64,000 nucleotides of DNA. Source: Eledone cirrhosa (taxonomy: Eukaryota). The DNA is taken from positions 7,688,001 to 7,752,000 of the forward strand of contig OZ024741.1 in the NCBI GenBank assembly GCA_964016885.1. Reading direction: 5' to 3'. Under the pieces are notes generated by a model. The model saw only the letters and a program-made list of their open reading frames with translations. It was not told the DNA's origin and searched no databases. This document shows positions 13,968 to 30,898 of the stretch, one piece after another (the stretch's first letter is position 1; every line of letters begins with the position of its first letter). Position numbers and translations under genes: made by a program.

Positions 13968-14609
13968 TGTATGTATGTATGTATGTATGTATGTATGTAT
14001 GTATGTTTGTATATATATGTATATATGTATGTACATATGTATGCATGTATGTATATATGTATGTATGTATGTATGTACCTGTTATATGTATGTATGTATG
14101 TATCTGTTGTGTGTATGTATGTATATATGTATATATGTATATATGTATATATGTATGTATGTATATATGTATATATGTATGTATATTCTCGCTTCCTCTT
14201 AATTGTGAGTTTACTTTTGGCTGGCCACCTTCCGGTGGCAACGTTGTAAAGAAAATGAAATTCTCGTTTTTTGTGCAATTGTTCATTCTTTGAATCGTAA
14301 GAATATTTTACAGATTTTCAACTTTCCAGATCTCTCAGCTATTTGTAGCGTGTGGAATAAGAGTTACATTTGTTCTCCACAAATCCAAGTTCAGTTATAC
14401 TTTAGTTCAGGCGAGTTGGTATACACTCCAGTATTAACATGTACGAAGCTGGATACTGGATCTGCAAACTCAATGGTCCATAGACATACTACCCCTCTTG
14501 CATTATTCTTACCACACTGACATCAAGGGAGCAGCTGACTTCTACAACAGAGCCTGTTTTAAATCTGTGGTCCCAATCAACAATATAGAACCGGTTGTAC
14601 TTTAATTTG

Positions 14610-15480
14610 GTGGTGGTCGTTTATTTTTATGTTCCACCGATAATTTTTGAACCATCAATCTCAACATATTCCTCCTTATTTGTTGTTATTTTTGTCTTCA
14701 CCAATGCATTCCAGATCGTTCTGGCCACTACACCATGCCTCATGGGGAGCTTGTAACTAGAAAACATTCTTTCACAGTTGACAATAATGTGGCTAACATC
14801 TTCAATCTTTGTTTTACACAGCCAACATTTATTGTCAACTGATGACCTTCCTCTTTTGTGCAGTAAATATTTGGTAGCTATTTCTTGTTCCTGGATTACA
14901 TGGAGATATCCTTCAAGGCGGGATGTTATGCACTACTCGGAAATCCATGTCAGGCTTTTAGTATGGTCTATCCCTCTATGGTCTGTGTTTTTCATCTCAA
15001 GTACACATCCACCAACCTTCTCAGTTAATTGGTTCAGTTTCTAAATTTTATTCGGGCAGAGTAGAGTCTTCCAATGTTCCTGGCAGAGAGATTTGTATCA
15101 GGTTTTATTTCTCTCTTCTAGCTCAGTGGCTATCCTAACAATTTCCTTACTTTCATGCTCATAAACCTGGACAAGATGGCTGCTGACCGTTTTATTCTGT
15201 TGAAGATGTTGCTTCAATGTTATTATCTGGGTCTCGTATGATGTTGATACGAGAGAAATATAGCCTAACCAAATCACCAATTATATTAAAGTTTCCAGTA
15301 ACACCGAGCAGCTTACGAGTCCTTACATCCATCTCTCTCAGTTCTTGCAATGACCAAGTCCAGCAGGCCAAATGCTGGTGTTAGGATGGGCACAGCAAAA
15401 GTATTATGGGTAATGTGCTGGTTCTATACTGAGAGTTCTTGTGACCATATTCTCTTTATTGTTCGGCCCTCCTCCCTCCA
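14610..15480 (-). pseudogene. Second, more decayed R4/Dong-like LINE fragment
   Basis: Minus strand motifs NTFAVPILTPAFG, QEQEIATKYL, CWLCKTKIEDVSHIIVNC and PRHGVVARTIWNAL, with frameshifts and deletions. Confidence 0.7.
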
Positions 15481-16194
15481 TGACCCTCTCAAGAAGAAGA
15501 AGAAGAAGAAGAAGAAGAAGAAGAAGAAGAAGAAGAAGAAGAAGAAGAAGAAGAAGAAGAAAGTTACATCCCATGTTGGTTCTGGTTTTTCGGTTTTATC
15601 ACGATCCTCCTGTATTTTCCTCCAACTTATCCTCCTGTATTTTACCCAAAGCCAGCAACTTCTCAGCGGTATTATACCAACTCTATATACGCAGATATGT
15701 GGATGTTTGCGGAAGCCATTACTCTTTAAGTGTCTTTTTATGAACTGTTAGATGTCTCACAATTTTATAAATGATTTCCTGCCATCAATGGTGTGGCCTT
15801 TCCCAACCAATTGATGCCATCACCACCTCTACGAGCACTTCCACAGCACCCCCGGCCAAACAATGGGGCCACACTACGTAGATGTTTGAACTAGTAGAAA
15901 TAGAAACCTCGAAAAAACATCCTGTCGTCTTTACTAAGAATGCATTCAATAATATAATCCGACGGGATGATCACGGCTGGAAGGTTTGCTGATCATATGC
16001 CGTTTAGTTAATCAGAGATTTGTATGGTCCCGTAACGCCCGATGGAGTCGTCTGGGCGCCATATTGACATATGTTATTTCTAGGGCATTTTAATGCTTGG
16101 TGGAGCCCATCTCTCCAGAGCTGAATGCAGCAGATTTCTTCCAGAGAAAGATAGAAAGAGTGAGAGAAAGAAGGTGAGAAAGAGATATAGAGGA

Positions 16195-16560
16195 AGAATC
16201 GACCCAAGTACTTGATTGGTACTTTTTCATCGACCTTGAAAGGAGGAAAGGCAAAGTTGACCTCAGCAGGATTTGAACTGAGAGACCAGAGATCCAGAAC
16301 ACAGCAAACACTCCGACGTTCTGACGACTTTCGCCGCCTAATCAGAGATGACTCTACACTAAATAATAATTATTTATACTTTTGGCAGGGAAGAGGAAAG
16401 TAGAATAAAACGACCATAGTACATTACTGGTACTTAGTTTTATCAACCCCAGAACGATGAATGACAAAACTGACCTCCGCAGGATTTGAACTCCGAATTT
16501 AAAAATTTGGAACAAATACTGTAAAACATTTTGTCCGATGCTCTAACAATTCTGCCAATC
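16195..16560 (-). mobile_element. Two degenerate SINE copies
   Basis: Reverse complement of the 12017 SINE core (ggcaaagttgacctcagcaggatttgaact) at ~16250 and ~16465. Confidence 0.7.
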
Positions 16561-17567
16561 CAGGAATCGCACTACATAAAACTCTGGATTACTTTGTTAT
16601 CTCACGGGGATTGAAAGGGCCTACTCTAGGTTTCCTCCTGTTTAGAAGAAGAAGAAGAAGAAGAAGAAGAAGAAGAAGAAGAAGAAGAAGAAGAAGAAGA
16701 TATGAAAGCTTAAAGGAAATTATGATTTATAGATAAACACTTTAAAATAACCAGCTCTGTAGAACCAGGGACAGTTGCAGGCGATTTGTTATCAAAAGGG
16801 TTTTGGTTGACATACGTTTCCGAACATTTGTGTATTTACATGTAGGTATGTGTGTGCGCTTGTTATATACATATTTATTTATTTATATACGTTTATTTAA
16901 TTATTATTTATTTGTATACACGCATACACACACACACATATTTATATGTGCGTGGTTTTGTATACCTATGGTAAGTGTTTTCGCGTATGCTTGTGTATGT
17001 ACGTATTTGTATGCTTGTATGTATTTATTTAATTTCTATTACTTCTGTATTGTATTTATTTACTTTGTTCTTAACTCTGAAGCGGAGATTCATTCGGTCT
17101 CCTAGTTAGAATTTTAGTCTACGACTTCTGCTATACCATTTACGTGGTTTTGTCTTTGCGTGCAATTGTTCTCCACGCTCCACATATGACGTATTATCTT
17201 CGTTTTTTTCGTTCATTGCCAGAGAACGTCTCTATGCACCACCTAAGAGAACATTAGTCTACGACCTCTTTTATACCATAAAGGTGGTTCTGTCTTTGCG
17301 TGTAATTGTTTTTCACCGCTCCATGTCTTCCTCCGGTTGCAATGTTTTTTGAAATATTCACTTCTGCGTTTACAGATTGACTTTGTTAGTTTCAGAAGAT
17401 CACGTTAAGGGTGAAAGCAGCGATTCTTTGCTTAAACTTTAATCTGTTATTTTAATAATTATTTGCTCTACGGTTCTTATATATTTGATATATATTTATC
17501 CTTATCGAACCCTCTTTGGATTTTAGTCTTCAAATTTATTATTATTACTATATATATATATATATAT

Positions 17568-17763
<196 letters not shown>

Positions 17764-17849
17764 TTAGACGATCGACTTTCGTCAAATCGGACCGAGGGAA
17801 CAATGTTTCCGTTGGTCTTTCCAATTGCTAATACTATCTATCGGTCGCA

Positions 17850-17980
17850 ACTCCAGGTAGAAGGAGCAACGTGAAATAAAGTGTCTTGCTCAAGGACATA
17901 ACGCATCGCCTGGTCCAGGAATCGAACTCACAACCTTACAATTGCGAATCCAATTCTCTAACCACTCAGCCACACGCCTT
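17850..17980 (-). mobile_element. tRNA-headed CORE-like SINE, 5' part
   Basis: Minus strand reads ggcgtgTGGCTGAGTGG...GAGTTCGATTCC...ccttgagcaagacactt. Confidence 0.75.
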
Positions 17981-18049
<69 letters not shown>

Positions 18050-18062
18050 GTATATATATATG

Positions 18063-18089
<27 letters not shown>

Positions 18090-18094
<5 letters not shown>

Positions 18095-18949
18095 AAGGTT
18101 TACATATATATAAAGTCATAGATATATATGTGTTTTGCAACAGGTCACGTTGTGGCTCAATGAAGAATTAATTAAAAAATTAAATAATCAGAGTTATATA
18201 TCATAAAACATGTCTTTAGAATCACTAGATATAATATATACCATTTCCTCTCCCAATTAGCATAATTAACCATATAAAAAAATCAATTAGCCCAAGCTAT
18301 AAGAATAAAGGCTCCTAAAGAAATCTCCGACAAATAACCGAAAGCAGCCCCTTCACGGTGGCTACGATCGAGTATTTATCGAACATTTCTACAGCATGTA
18401 GAAATCGACCAGATATACAGTCAACCAAACACAATTAGGTGTAAAATTAAACTTAGAAGAAATGCGTACATACCAAATTACCTCTACCATGGTTTCATCC
18501 GTATTTTAAGACATCCGATAACAGGGAATGTCCAGAGCTTCGGATTCATCAGGAGTGAACTCAAAATTAGACATTTAATTTTCCAAAGTGTTCGCGCCAA
18601 AAATACATTAAAAAATGGCTAGGAATCGTGACGTGGCAGCGGTCAAGTTAGAAAGGATGTGATTAGTTGCTTACGGCAGGTAGGCTTATTGCTAGAAAGC
18701 GCAGCCCAATAGAGCCAAATTGTATCTCAACCTAACGGGAGATATTACATATAAAGGTTTACATATATATAAAGTCATAGATATATATGTGTTTTGCAAC
18801 AGGTCACGTTGTGGCTCAATGAAGAATTAATTAATAAATTAAATAATCAGAGCTATATATCATAAAACATGTCTTTAGAATCACTAGATATAATATATAC
18901 CATTTCCTCTCCCAATTAGCATAATTAACTATATAAAAAATCAATTAGA

Positions 18950-18952
<3 letters not shown>
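18090..18952 (-). mobile_element. Non-coding HHR element with ~205-bp terminal direct repeats (659-bp period)
   Basis: gatatatatgtgttttgcaac occurs at 18121 and 18780. One HHR lies inside, with (TA)n on both flanks. Confidence 0.8.
18482..18555 (-). ncRNA. Type I hammerhead ribozyme motif with palindromic stem III
   Basis: ctc-CTGATGA-atccg...cggat-GAAA-ccatgg-TA-gag. Confidence 0.85.
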
Positions 18953-19005
<53 letters not shown>

Positions 19006-19092
19006 TTATATATACTTACAGTAAATATTAATGCAATTCAATTCAAGCACTCAACGTACTTTTTCCACATAGGAGTGACGCAGTAAATATCG

Positions 19093-19594
19093 AATAAGTA
19101 AAAGCGAAGTAGTTTCAGATGTTCAAGTCCTTTAATAATAATGGTGTGATATATATTTCAATGACGACACTGGCCACACTGTTCTGTGTGCGAATGTCGT
19201 GACATCATCAGACAGCTTGTTACATAATAAGGTTATGTTTCCGTGGCAATCCAAATTGGATCGACATGGGAACGGACGAATTGCGTGTTTTGGGGTTCTT
19301 CATCCGTTCGTCTATTCAACTTGGATTGCCTCGGAAACATAACATTATTATGTAACAAGCTGTCTGATGATGTCACGACACTCGCACACAGAACAGTGTG
19401 GCCAGTGTCGTCATTGAAATATATATCACATCATTCTGAGTTCAAATCCCGCCGAGGTTGACTTTGCCTTTTATCCTTACGGGGTCGATAAAATAAAGTA
19501 CCAGTAATGCACTGGGTATTTGCTGGCCTTGTGCCTAAAGTAGAAACAATTATTATTAAAGGACTTGAACATCGGAAACTACTTCGCTTTTACT

Positions 19595-19600
<6 letters not shown>
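19093..19600. mobile_element. Palindromic element with two divergent HHR motifs; SINE inserted in the right arm
   Basis: Arms ~19093-19260 and ~19320-19600 (interrupted at 19436-19550). HHR-like tgt-CTGATGA-tgtcacgacac...gtgtcgtcatt-GAAA-tatata-TC-aca occurs at 19145-19214 (-) and 19361-19430 (+). Confidence 0.8.
19436..19552 (+). mobile_element. 5'-truncated SINE nested in palindrome arm
   Basis: Matches the 12017/40205 SINE and is absent from the left arm. Confidence 0.85.
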
Positions 19601-19644
<44 letters not shown>

Positions 19645-19645
19645 A

Positions 19646-20243
19646 GTAAATGTTCGGTGAATCCATACGTACATATATATATGTGTGCATGTATGTATAT
19701 ATATATATATACATACTACTGTACGTCTGTATACATATATGTATGTACGTGTACATACTTATATTTAAGTAACAGCCGTACTAAGAGTGGGAAATGAAAT
19801 TTCGTTTCATTTTTTCCGTTTATCGTTTTCGGTGCACCCGGCCGATTAACCCACTCGATATGCAAATTGAGCTACTCAGCCGTTAATATGCATAAGGTAA
19901 GTATATACGTTCAACAATCTGACAGGAAGGTATACGTTGCTGATGATAGCTAATAAGCTTGAAACTAGTACAGCGTTCCTTTGTCAGTGTTGAACAAACG
20001 AGCAACGATGGTTGCTGGACACTACGACTTAATACGGGATGTTTGTTTACAAACACACCGAGCATTATAATAAATGTTCGGTGAATCCATACGTACATAT
20101 ATATATGTGTCCATGTATGTATATATATATATATACTACTGTACGTCTGTATACATATATGTATGTACGTGTACATACTTATATTTAAGTAACAGCCGTA
20201 CTAAGAGGGGAAAATGAAATTTCGTTTCATTTTTTCCGTTTAT
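19646..20243 (+). mobile_element. Non-coding HHR element with ~175-bp terminal direct repeats (420-bp period; family B)
   Basis: Identical segments start at 19741 and 20161. Contains one HHR and has (TA)n flanks. Confidence 0.85.
19934..19976 (+). ncRNA. Minimal type I hammerhead ribozyme motif
   Basis: acgttg-CTGATGA-t agc taataa gct t-GAAA-ctag-TA-cagcgt. Confidence 0.85.
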
Positions 20244-20273
20244 ATATATACATATATATATATATATACATAC

Positions 20274-20334
<61 letters not shown>

Positions 20335-20361
20335 TGGTTAGACTACAGTTAGTTCACCATA

Positions 20362-20402
20362 CCGAGAACAATTGTTTCACCTTCGCGGATCTTCAGCTCC
20401 GG
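20362..20402 (-). ncRNA. Minimal type I hammerhead ribozyme motif
   Basis: ccggag-CTGAAGA-t cc gcgaa gg t-GAAA-caattg-TT-ctcgg. Confidence 0.7.
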
Positions 20403-20499
20403 ATGTGTATGGTTATAACTGTTGTATAACCACTTCTAGCTAACTCCTCTCTTGGACTGAGTGCTCTACCACTACGGATATTACCTTCCAGTGTTCCAC

Positions 20500-20591
<92 letters not shown>

Positions 20592-20596
20592 GTATA

Positions 20597-22020
<1,424 letters not shown>

Positions 22021-22027
22021 AGAATTA

Positions 22028-22065
<38 letters not shown>

Positions 22066-22092
22066 TTTTTAATATATATATATGTTATTTTA

Positions 22093-22167
<75 letters not shown>

Positions 22168-22203
22168 ATTTGAATAAATATATATATGTATATATATATA
22201 TTA

Positions 22204-22247
<44 letters not shown>

Positions 22248-22393
22248 TATAACTTAGAGTTTACACTCAATGGGGTCATTTACAATTATTTCAGTCCTAA
22301 GAACTAAAACATGTAAATGTTTATCAAATATTAATATATATATATATATATATGTATATATATTAATAAATATATATATATGTATATATATTA

Positions 22394-22464
<71 letters not shown>

Positions 22465-22575
22465 AACTGGACAGAATTGCTTCTATATCATTCACTCTCA
22501 TCTCGGGAACAATTTTTTGAATAGCGCCAGTTCGTAATTTGAACTCGGGAATTTTATATTCTCCGAGTGAAAAGA

Positions 22576-22661
22576 ACCTTCTGACGAGAGTTTATCTTTT
22601 CAATGTATGGCCGCAAGGACTTTCCATTTATTTTTGAGACTCGAAACCGTACGGTAAAGGT
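22576..22661 (+). ncRNA. Type I hammerhead ribozyme motif in a ~265-bp insert in (TA)n
   Basis: acctt-CTGACGA-gagttt...agactc-GAAA-ccgtacgg-TA-aaggt. Confidence 0.9.
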
Positions 22662-22729
22662 AACTACAGCAGGTACAGTGAATTTTTTAAAATCTATTCT
22701 AAAACTTTTTCTTATTTGCTAAACCTTGA

Positions 22730-22809
<80 letters not shown>

Positions 22810-22830
22810 ATATATATATGTATGTATATG

Positions 22831-22907
<77 letters not shown>

Positions 22908-22930
22908 ATATATATATATGTATATATATG

Positions 22931-23410
<480 letters not shown>

Positions 23411-23592
23411 ATTATTTCTGAAGACGGCGGGTAGTGAAGACGTATGAATTTTTCTTACTATGATATTTTGTAATATGTTTTACATAGATCAATAATTGAA
23501 TGAACATGCAGGGAACTACCCCCCAGAAACGATCGTAAAATAATGAGTTTTACTATGAATTAACAGTTTTGTGTTTAATTTCATTATTTTAA

Positions 23593-23926
<334 letters not shown>

Positions 23927-24162
23927 TATTAGAACGTTCTTCTGCGAAACCGGTAAAGGAACCAAATAAATATATATATTTTTTAAAAAATAAGACTCCA
24001 GTTGCATTTTCGATTTCATCTTTTTTTCTTTATATATATATATTAGGGTGTTCCAGACTCCCAGATTTTACACAAAAGTGTTTTTTTCTTAGTTCCCTAT
24101 GCATTTTCTCATGCCATTTTGTATATTATCAATTTATAATGTAATTTTTATTATTTCAGACT

Positions 24163-24549
24163 AATTTCATTTTTTCCATTTATCGCTTTCGATACACCCG
24201 GCCGACAACTCACTCGATATGCAAATTAGGCTGCCCAGCCGTTAATATGCATAAGCAAAGTATATACTTTCAAACGTTCAATCGACTGACAGGAAGTTAT
24301 ACGGTGCTGATGACAGCTAATAAGCTAGAAACAAGTTCATCGTTCATTTGTCAGTGTTGGACAAAAGGGCAATGATGGTTGCCGAATACTGTATGACTAT
24401 TAATTCGGGCTGTTTGTTTACAAACAAACCGAGCATTATAATAAATGTTCGGTAAACCCATACGTACATATATATATATGTGTGCATGTATGTATGTATA
24501 TACATACTAGTGTATGTCTCTATACATATATGTATGTGCGTATACAATA

Positions 24550-24553
<4 letters not shown>
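24163..24553 (+). mobile_element. Family B HHR element, diverged copy 3 (HHR at 24301-24343)
   Basis: Homologous to ~19800-20183. HHR reads acggtg-CTGATGA-cagctaataagcta-GAAA-caag-TT-catcgt. Confidence 0.8.
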
Positions 24554-24590
<37 letters not shown>

Positions 24591-24682
24591 GCCGACCGAA
24601 CTAGAAACTGATAAATGTGTGGCCACCTTCTTGTCTCTCTGCCTTTTCAGCCCCATGGATTATATTCATTGTTAAATTTCGA

Positions 24683-24740
24683 ATACCTGATGATGTCACC
24701 GGATTCATACGGAACCCGGTCATTGAAATGTTCATAGTAT
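24683..24740 (+). ncRNA. Type I hammerhead ribozyme-like motif
   Basis: atac-CTGATGA-tgtc accgg...ccggt catt-GAAA-tgttca-TA-gtat. Confidence 0.7.
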
Positions 24741-24844
24741 AATAAACCTTTAATGAATTACACCAGTCCAGCCTCCTGTTATTTTATAATATATAAGAAA
24801 GAGATATTTCCGAGCCGTATATTTCTTTTTTTCTTTTATATTCT

Positions 24845-24942
<98 letters not shown>

Positions 24943-25054
24943 GTTAAACAATATTCAATGAGTACATCAAAGAATGAGTTTTACAGTAGATTGGAAGCAC
25001 TCTACAGAAAAATAATTTTCCAGAGTTATTAATATTAAAATACAAATATTAACA

Positions 25055-25480
25055 AAATAATTGTCTAGATAGTAATTTGGTTTATAAATGCACCGTAAAA
25101 ACTGATCACAACACATACAACTACGTAGGATCGAATTCTTCTACATTTAAAGCCAGATTTGCGAACCATAAATGGTCATTATCGAACTCCAAGAGGAAAT
25201 CATCCACTTCTTTATCACAGCTCATATGGTCATTAAAAGAGAGGAATTTAAAATACTCCATCCTTTAGACAAAACTTCGGAATTGTGGAGTTTACCGCAA
25301 CTCTAGTATATCAAATAACTGCGCGCTCTGTACAATGGAGACCCTGTTGATTATTAATAACTATGAGACCCTAATTAACAAAAAAAGTGAATTATTCTCT
25401 AGTTGCCTTCATAAAGCTACGTCTACATTCCTAGCCTCCCACAAGACCAGAAAAGAAGAGAAAGAAACATTAAACCATTA
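25055..25480 (+). pseudogene. GIY-YIG endonuclease remnant of a Penelope-like element (Naiad-like C-terminus)
   Basis: NCLDSNLVYKC..YVG..FKARFANHK, one stop, then CALCTME..LINKKSELFSSCLH. Confidence 0.8.
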
Positions 25481-26902
25481 AAAAATTGGTTTTCAGACGT
25501 TTATAACCAACAGGGAAAAACATTAATGGCCTTTAATATTGCATTATCTTATAACTATCTATAGAAGAAATAACGCTCGAATGAATGACACTTGTTCAAT
25601 AACACGCTGACACGTTGATATACATAACATAATATTATTAACTTTGATCCATACCATTATTTCTCTATCTTTATTTTCCTATCTAAGGTTTAAAATTTTA
25701 GTTTAAATATCCAACCCGTATATTTTTACGGAACTTAAATTTAATTTTTAACTGTGAATCATTCATGTGTTTACATTTTTTATTTATAATATGTATGTAA
25801 TTATCTTTTGTAAGTTTTTAAATATACCTACCGTATTTTTCTATCCATGATTCAAATATAGAGCAACTATCCAACCTGTAAATTATTACGAACCTTATTT
25901 TGAACTCTGAATTATCCATGCATTTATTATTATTTTTCTTATATATATATATGTATTTAACTGTAGAACGTTGAAATCTATTATATAAGATTATAATCGT
26001 TATCATTTACCTAAAGTATACTGTATCACTAATACTTAATATATATCTATATATACCTATCTGTATCTCTCTATACATAATTTTTAGATAACTTCTAAAT
26101 TTTTAGATTATTATTTATTTTGAACTGTGAATAATTCATGCATTTATACCCTTTTATATATATGTATCTATTTAACTTTAGAATGCTTGAATCTATTATT
26201 TTATATTCGTTATCATTTACCTAAAATATACTGGCTCATTAATATATCTCTATATACATAATCGTTATTTAAAATGTCTAACAATGTACTTCGTAAGCTT
26301 TACATACCGAAAATGTTGACATTTTTATAGGTAATCTTCGTTAAAGATTACATTTAGGAAAAATATTCAACAGTGTAAATTTTCCTTTCGCTGGCCAGGT
26401 AAATCCTTTAAATTTTATCCTCATAAAATTCAGAAGTTTAGAAATGTTAACACATTTATAGATTTTATAAAATTAATAAATATAAATAACCAGCAACTTT
26501 AAAAAAACCTAAAATCTTGATTCTCCACCCTTAAAATAACATAAATTAAATATTTTTAAACTTAACCATTTAGCTTTTGGGAAAAAAAATCTCTTTCTGC
26601 ATATATTACTCCCCTTTATCTTTCCCTCTCTTTAAACCCTCTTTCAGCGGCCATCATGGACAGTTATAATTCATGAGATGTTTTCCTAGATAACCATAAC
26701 TTGTAGTATCCTACATTTTAAAATCACTATAGCTGTCACATTAACCAACGTTTTTCTTACTCAAACATTCTCTATTGAATTTATTACGTTTTCGCATTTT
26801 CTCATTATTAGGGTATAAATGTTAAATTTTCTCTTGGGTTAATCACTACCTTGATTAAATCTTAACCATTTAACATCTCAGGGTATGTCATGTATCATTA
26901 TA

Positions 26903-26953
26903 TTTTGTCTGATGAGGACGTACTGTTGTACCTCTGAAATATGTATAATAAAA
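26903..26953 (+). ncRNA. Type I hammerhead ribozyme motif at the end of the PLE 3' region
   Basis: ttttgt-CTGATGA-ggacgtac tgtt gtacctct-GAAA-tatgta-TA-ataaaa. Confidence 0.85.
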
Positions 26954-26994
26954 TTTAATTGATCAAAAGAACATCTATTTTATTAATATTTGTA

Positions 26995-27125
<131 letters not shown>

Positions 27126-27139
27126 ATACACATATATAC

Positions 27140-29350
27140 ATACAGGACAACAAAAAGCGGAAAAAGAAAAACTCCAGGTGGAAACATACCCCAAAAATCT
27201 GTACTCATAGATCCTAAAATAATTAATTTATCCAAAAGAGATCTTGACAATGATGAAATGCAAATTCTGTCAAAAGGACTGAAATTCACACCGTCTCCAA
27301 CAGTCAACCACCAAGAACTGAAGGAGGATACCCAAGAATTCTGTCGAAAATTACGTCTTGTAGAATTCTTCGCTGATAAAAGTAATGAGAGTGATGAATC
27401 ACTAGTAAAGAATAAATCAAATTTCACTCCGCCAAAAGGAAGAAATATCTATCTCGACCAATACATTGGCATCCTGTCTAAATTTCCTCTTAGACGTAAT
27501 ACTAATGTCAGAACAAACATTAACAAATCAGAAATGTCTGCACTTAAACGTATACAAAATGATAAAACAATAATAATTAAACAAGCAGATAAAGGGGGTG
27601 CAGTTGTTATAATGGATACTGAATACTACAAGGATTTGGTTGAGGAACAACTGAAAGACACAACATTCTATCATGAAATACCGTCAAATATAGACCACAA
27701 CATCATGAAGATCAACAACCTGGCTTCAGAATACCACAACTCACTTACTGATAAGAAATACAACTGGCAGTAAGAGAACAAAACAGTGAGTACATTAAAT
27801 TACTACACCCAAAAGACTTAAAACTTAAACCTATTATAGCTGGTCCAACATGCCCCACCCACCGTCTAAGCAATTTTGTTGACATTATTTTGAAACTACT
27901 ATGTATTCACATATCCAGTTTCATCCGGGATGATATCGACTTCCTGTCCCATCTTCTCAAAACCACGGAAACGAATTCACTTCTACTTAGTTTTGATGTG
28001 GTACGCCTTTACACCAACATTACACATGATTTAGGAATAAAGGCAGTTAAATACTGGGTGGAAAAACATAGAGAAGTGATTCCCACCAGATTCACAACGC
28101 CATTTATATTAGACGTAGTCAAACTTATTCTGGGAAAACAACACATTCTTCTTCAATGGAAAGAATTACATCCAAATTAGAGGCACAGCGATGGGAACGA
28201 AGTTTGCTCCCGTTTACGCGAACTCTGTAATGGGATACTTAGAACAACAACTCTACCAAGAAATAGAGGAAAAATATAGTACTGACTTTAGAAAGGACAT
28301 TGAAAATTTTTGGACGACTGTTTCATCATCTGGACAGAATCTCTAGATACTCTGGATGAGTTCAATATCCTCCCGAATAACCTACACCCATCTCTCCAAT
28401 TCACAAAAGAGATGAGTAGTACCGAATTACCATTCCTAGATATAATGGTAATCAAAAACGACACCACCATTACCACGGATATATATTATAAACACACAGA
28501 CACCCATCAATATCTGAATTTTAAGTCGTGCCATTCACCTCTTACAAAACGCAACATCCCATGCTGCCTAACCAGAAGAATTTGTACCATTGTAGAAGAT
28601 AGGAATACCAGGAACAAACGCCTAACAGAACTAAGAGAATTTTTGCTCAAACAAAAATACCCATCTCTACTTATAGAAAATGGCATACAGCGAGCTATAA
28701 AAATACCTATACAACAACTTAGGACAACACAAGGAAGAAGAAACCAAGAACTGGTCATACCATTTATAATGACACACAACCCATGTCACCAGAATATCTT
28801 CAACACTGCCAAAGCAAACCTATTGATCATTGCTCAAAGTAATGAATTAAAAGGCTTAATCACAGATCGATCTTTGACTCTTAGTAAAAGACAGCCGAAA
28901 AATTTGAAGCAATTACTAACAAAAGCAAAGTTTGACCTTAACAACAAAGACCAATCATTCACTGTATCTAAATGCAATGATAGTCGATGTGGCACATGTC
29001 AATCCATACACAACGGTCAATATATGGACACAAAAACTGGAAAAATATTCCCAAATGCAAATATGAACTGCAAAAGCTGAAATCTAATTTACTGCATTAA
29101 ATGCCCGAATTGTGAAGAACTATATGTCGGTCAAACTGGAAATGCACTATCGGAACGTGCACGGGTACACCGACAGCAAATCAGACACCCAAATGTCCGT
29201 CAGATTCCCCTGAGTAACCATCTAGCAACATGTGGTCAGAGAATATTTATAATATTTCCATTCTACAAATTACACAGCCCAAGTGAAATCAAGAGAAAAA
29301 TCAAAGAAAAGAATTTTATTGAAAAATTCCAACCCAAGCTAAATGAACAT
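27140..29350 (+). pseudogene. Penelope-like retroelement (Neptune-type), RT + GIY-YIG, disrupted
   Basis: [70 protein letters not shown] and NLIYCIKCPNCEELYVGQT. Contains frameshifts, a deletion and a stop. Confidence 0.92.
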
Positions 29351-29407
29351 AATAATGGGGTATTACTCCTACTATGATTGACTACGACCATGTCGACTAC
29401 GACCACT

Positions 29408-29491
<84 letters not shown>

Positions 29492-29957
29492 AAAAGTGAT
29501 GTTGATGGTGATGATTACTAGAAAATGCTATTTACATCATTTTTAAAAATAGCAAAACAATTGATGCTTTGGATAGGGTCAAATAGTAGTCGTTAGACAT
29601 GCTCAACCAACCGTGACGCCTAAACCAATCTACTTTAGCAATCCAGTGAAACTACACACCGATTGGTCGAAATACAGTTTGCAAGATTTAGCATTCTGTA
29701 GCCACTTTTCACTGTATATAAGGCACAAAATTTACCCATCTCATTACAGTTGAGAATTGCAAACTTGACTGTCACCACAGAATATGAACCTGAAGATTTA
29801 ATATAGCATTTAATATAGCATTTAATATTCTACCATACTATTTCATTCTAATACCATTATCAATTTTAAAGGATTGTAAATAAAACGAGTGAATCAGACA
29901 AAGTTGGCATTCCTTTTATTAATATAATCTTCTATACACAATCATACACACCCGTGT

Positions 29958-30034
<77 letters not shown>

Positions 30035-30056
30035 CAACATGACCCTCCCAAAGTAT

Positions 30057-30178
<122 letters not shown>

Positions 30179-30203
30179 GTATATATATATATATATATGT
30201 ATA

Positions 30204-30806
<603 letters not shown>

Positions 30807-30898
30807 CATATAACGTGGAGTTACTGTAGGTTAACCCGGGTGAGCACTCGATGTTTAGGTTGACTTCAGTGTCGAGGTGTAGAGCTAGACAGAGTGTA

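Noticed and set aside
17072-17425. Two HHR-like remnants (taact-CTGAAGC-ggaga..tctcc..agtta; CAGAAGA-tcac..gt-GAAA)
   Set aside because: Cores are mutated or lack GAAA/stem III; too degenerate to call.
23940-23965. GAAA-ccgg-TA-aagg half-hammerhead
   Set aside because: No upstream CUGANGA and too short to support on its own.
25585-25619. SECIS-like ATGA..AA..TGAT stem downstream of the Naiad-like endonuclease
   Set aside because: Helix and spacing are shorter than canonical, and the visible Cys codons are TGT/TGC with no in-frame TGA.
29078-29080. In-frame TGA in the Neptune-type PLE as selenocysteine
   Set aside because: Not at a conserved Cys position (CKS*N), and the element is otherwise frameshifted. 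A nonsense mutation is the simpler explanation.
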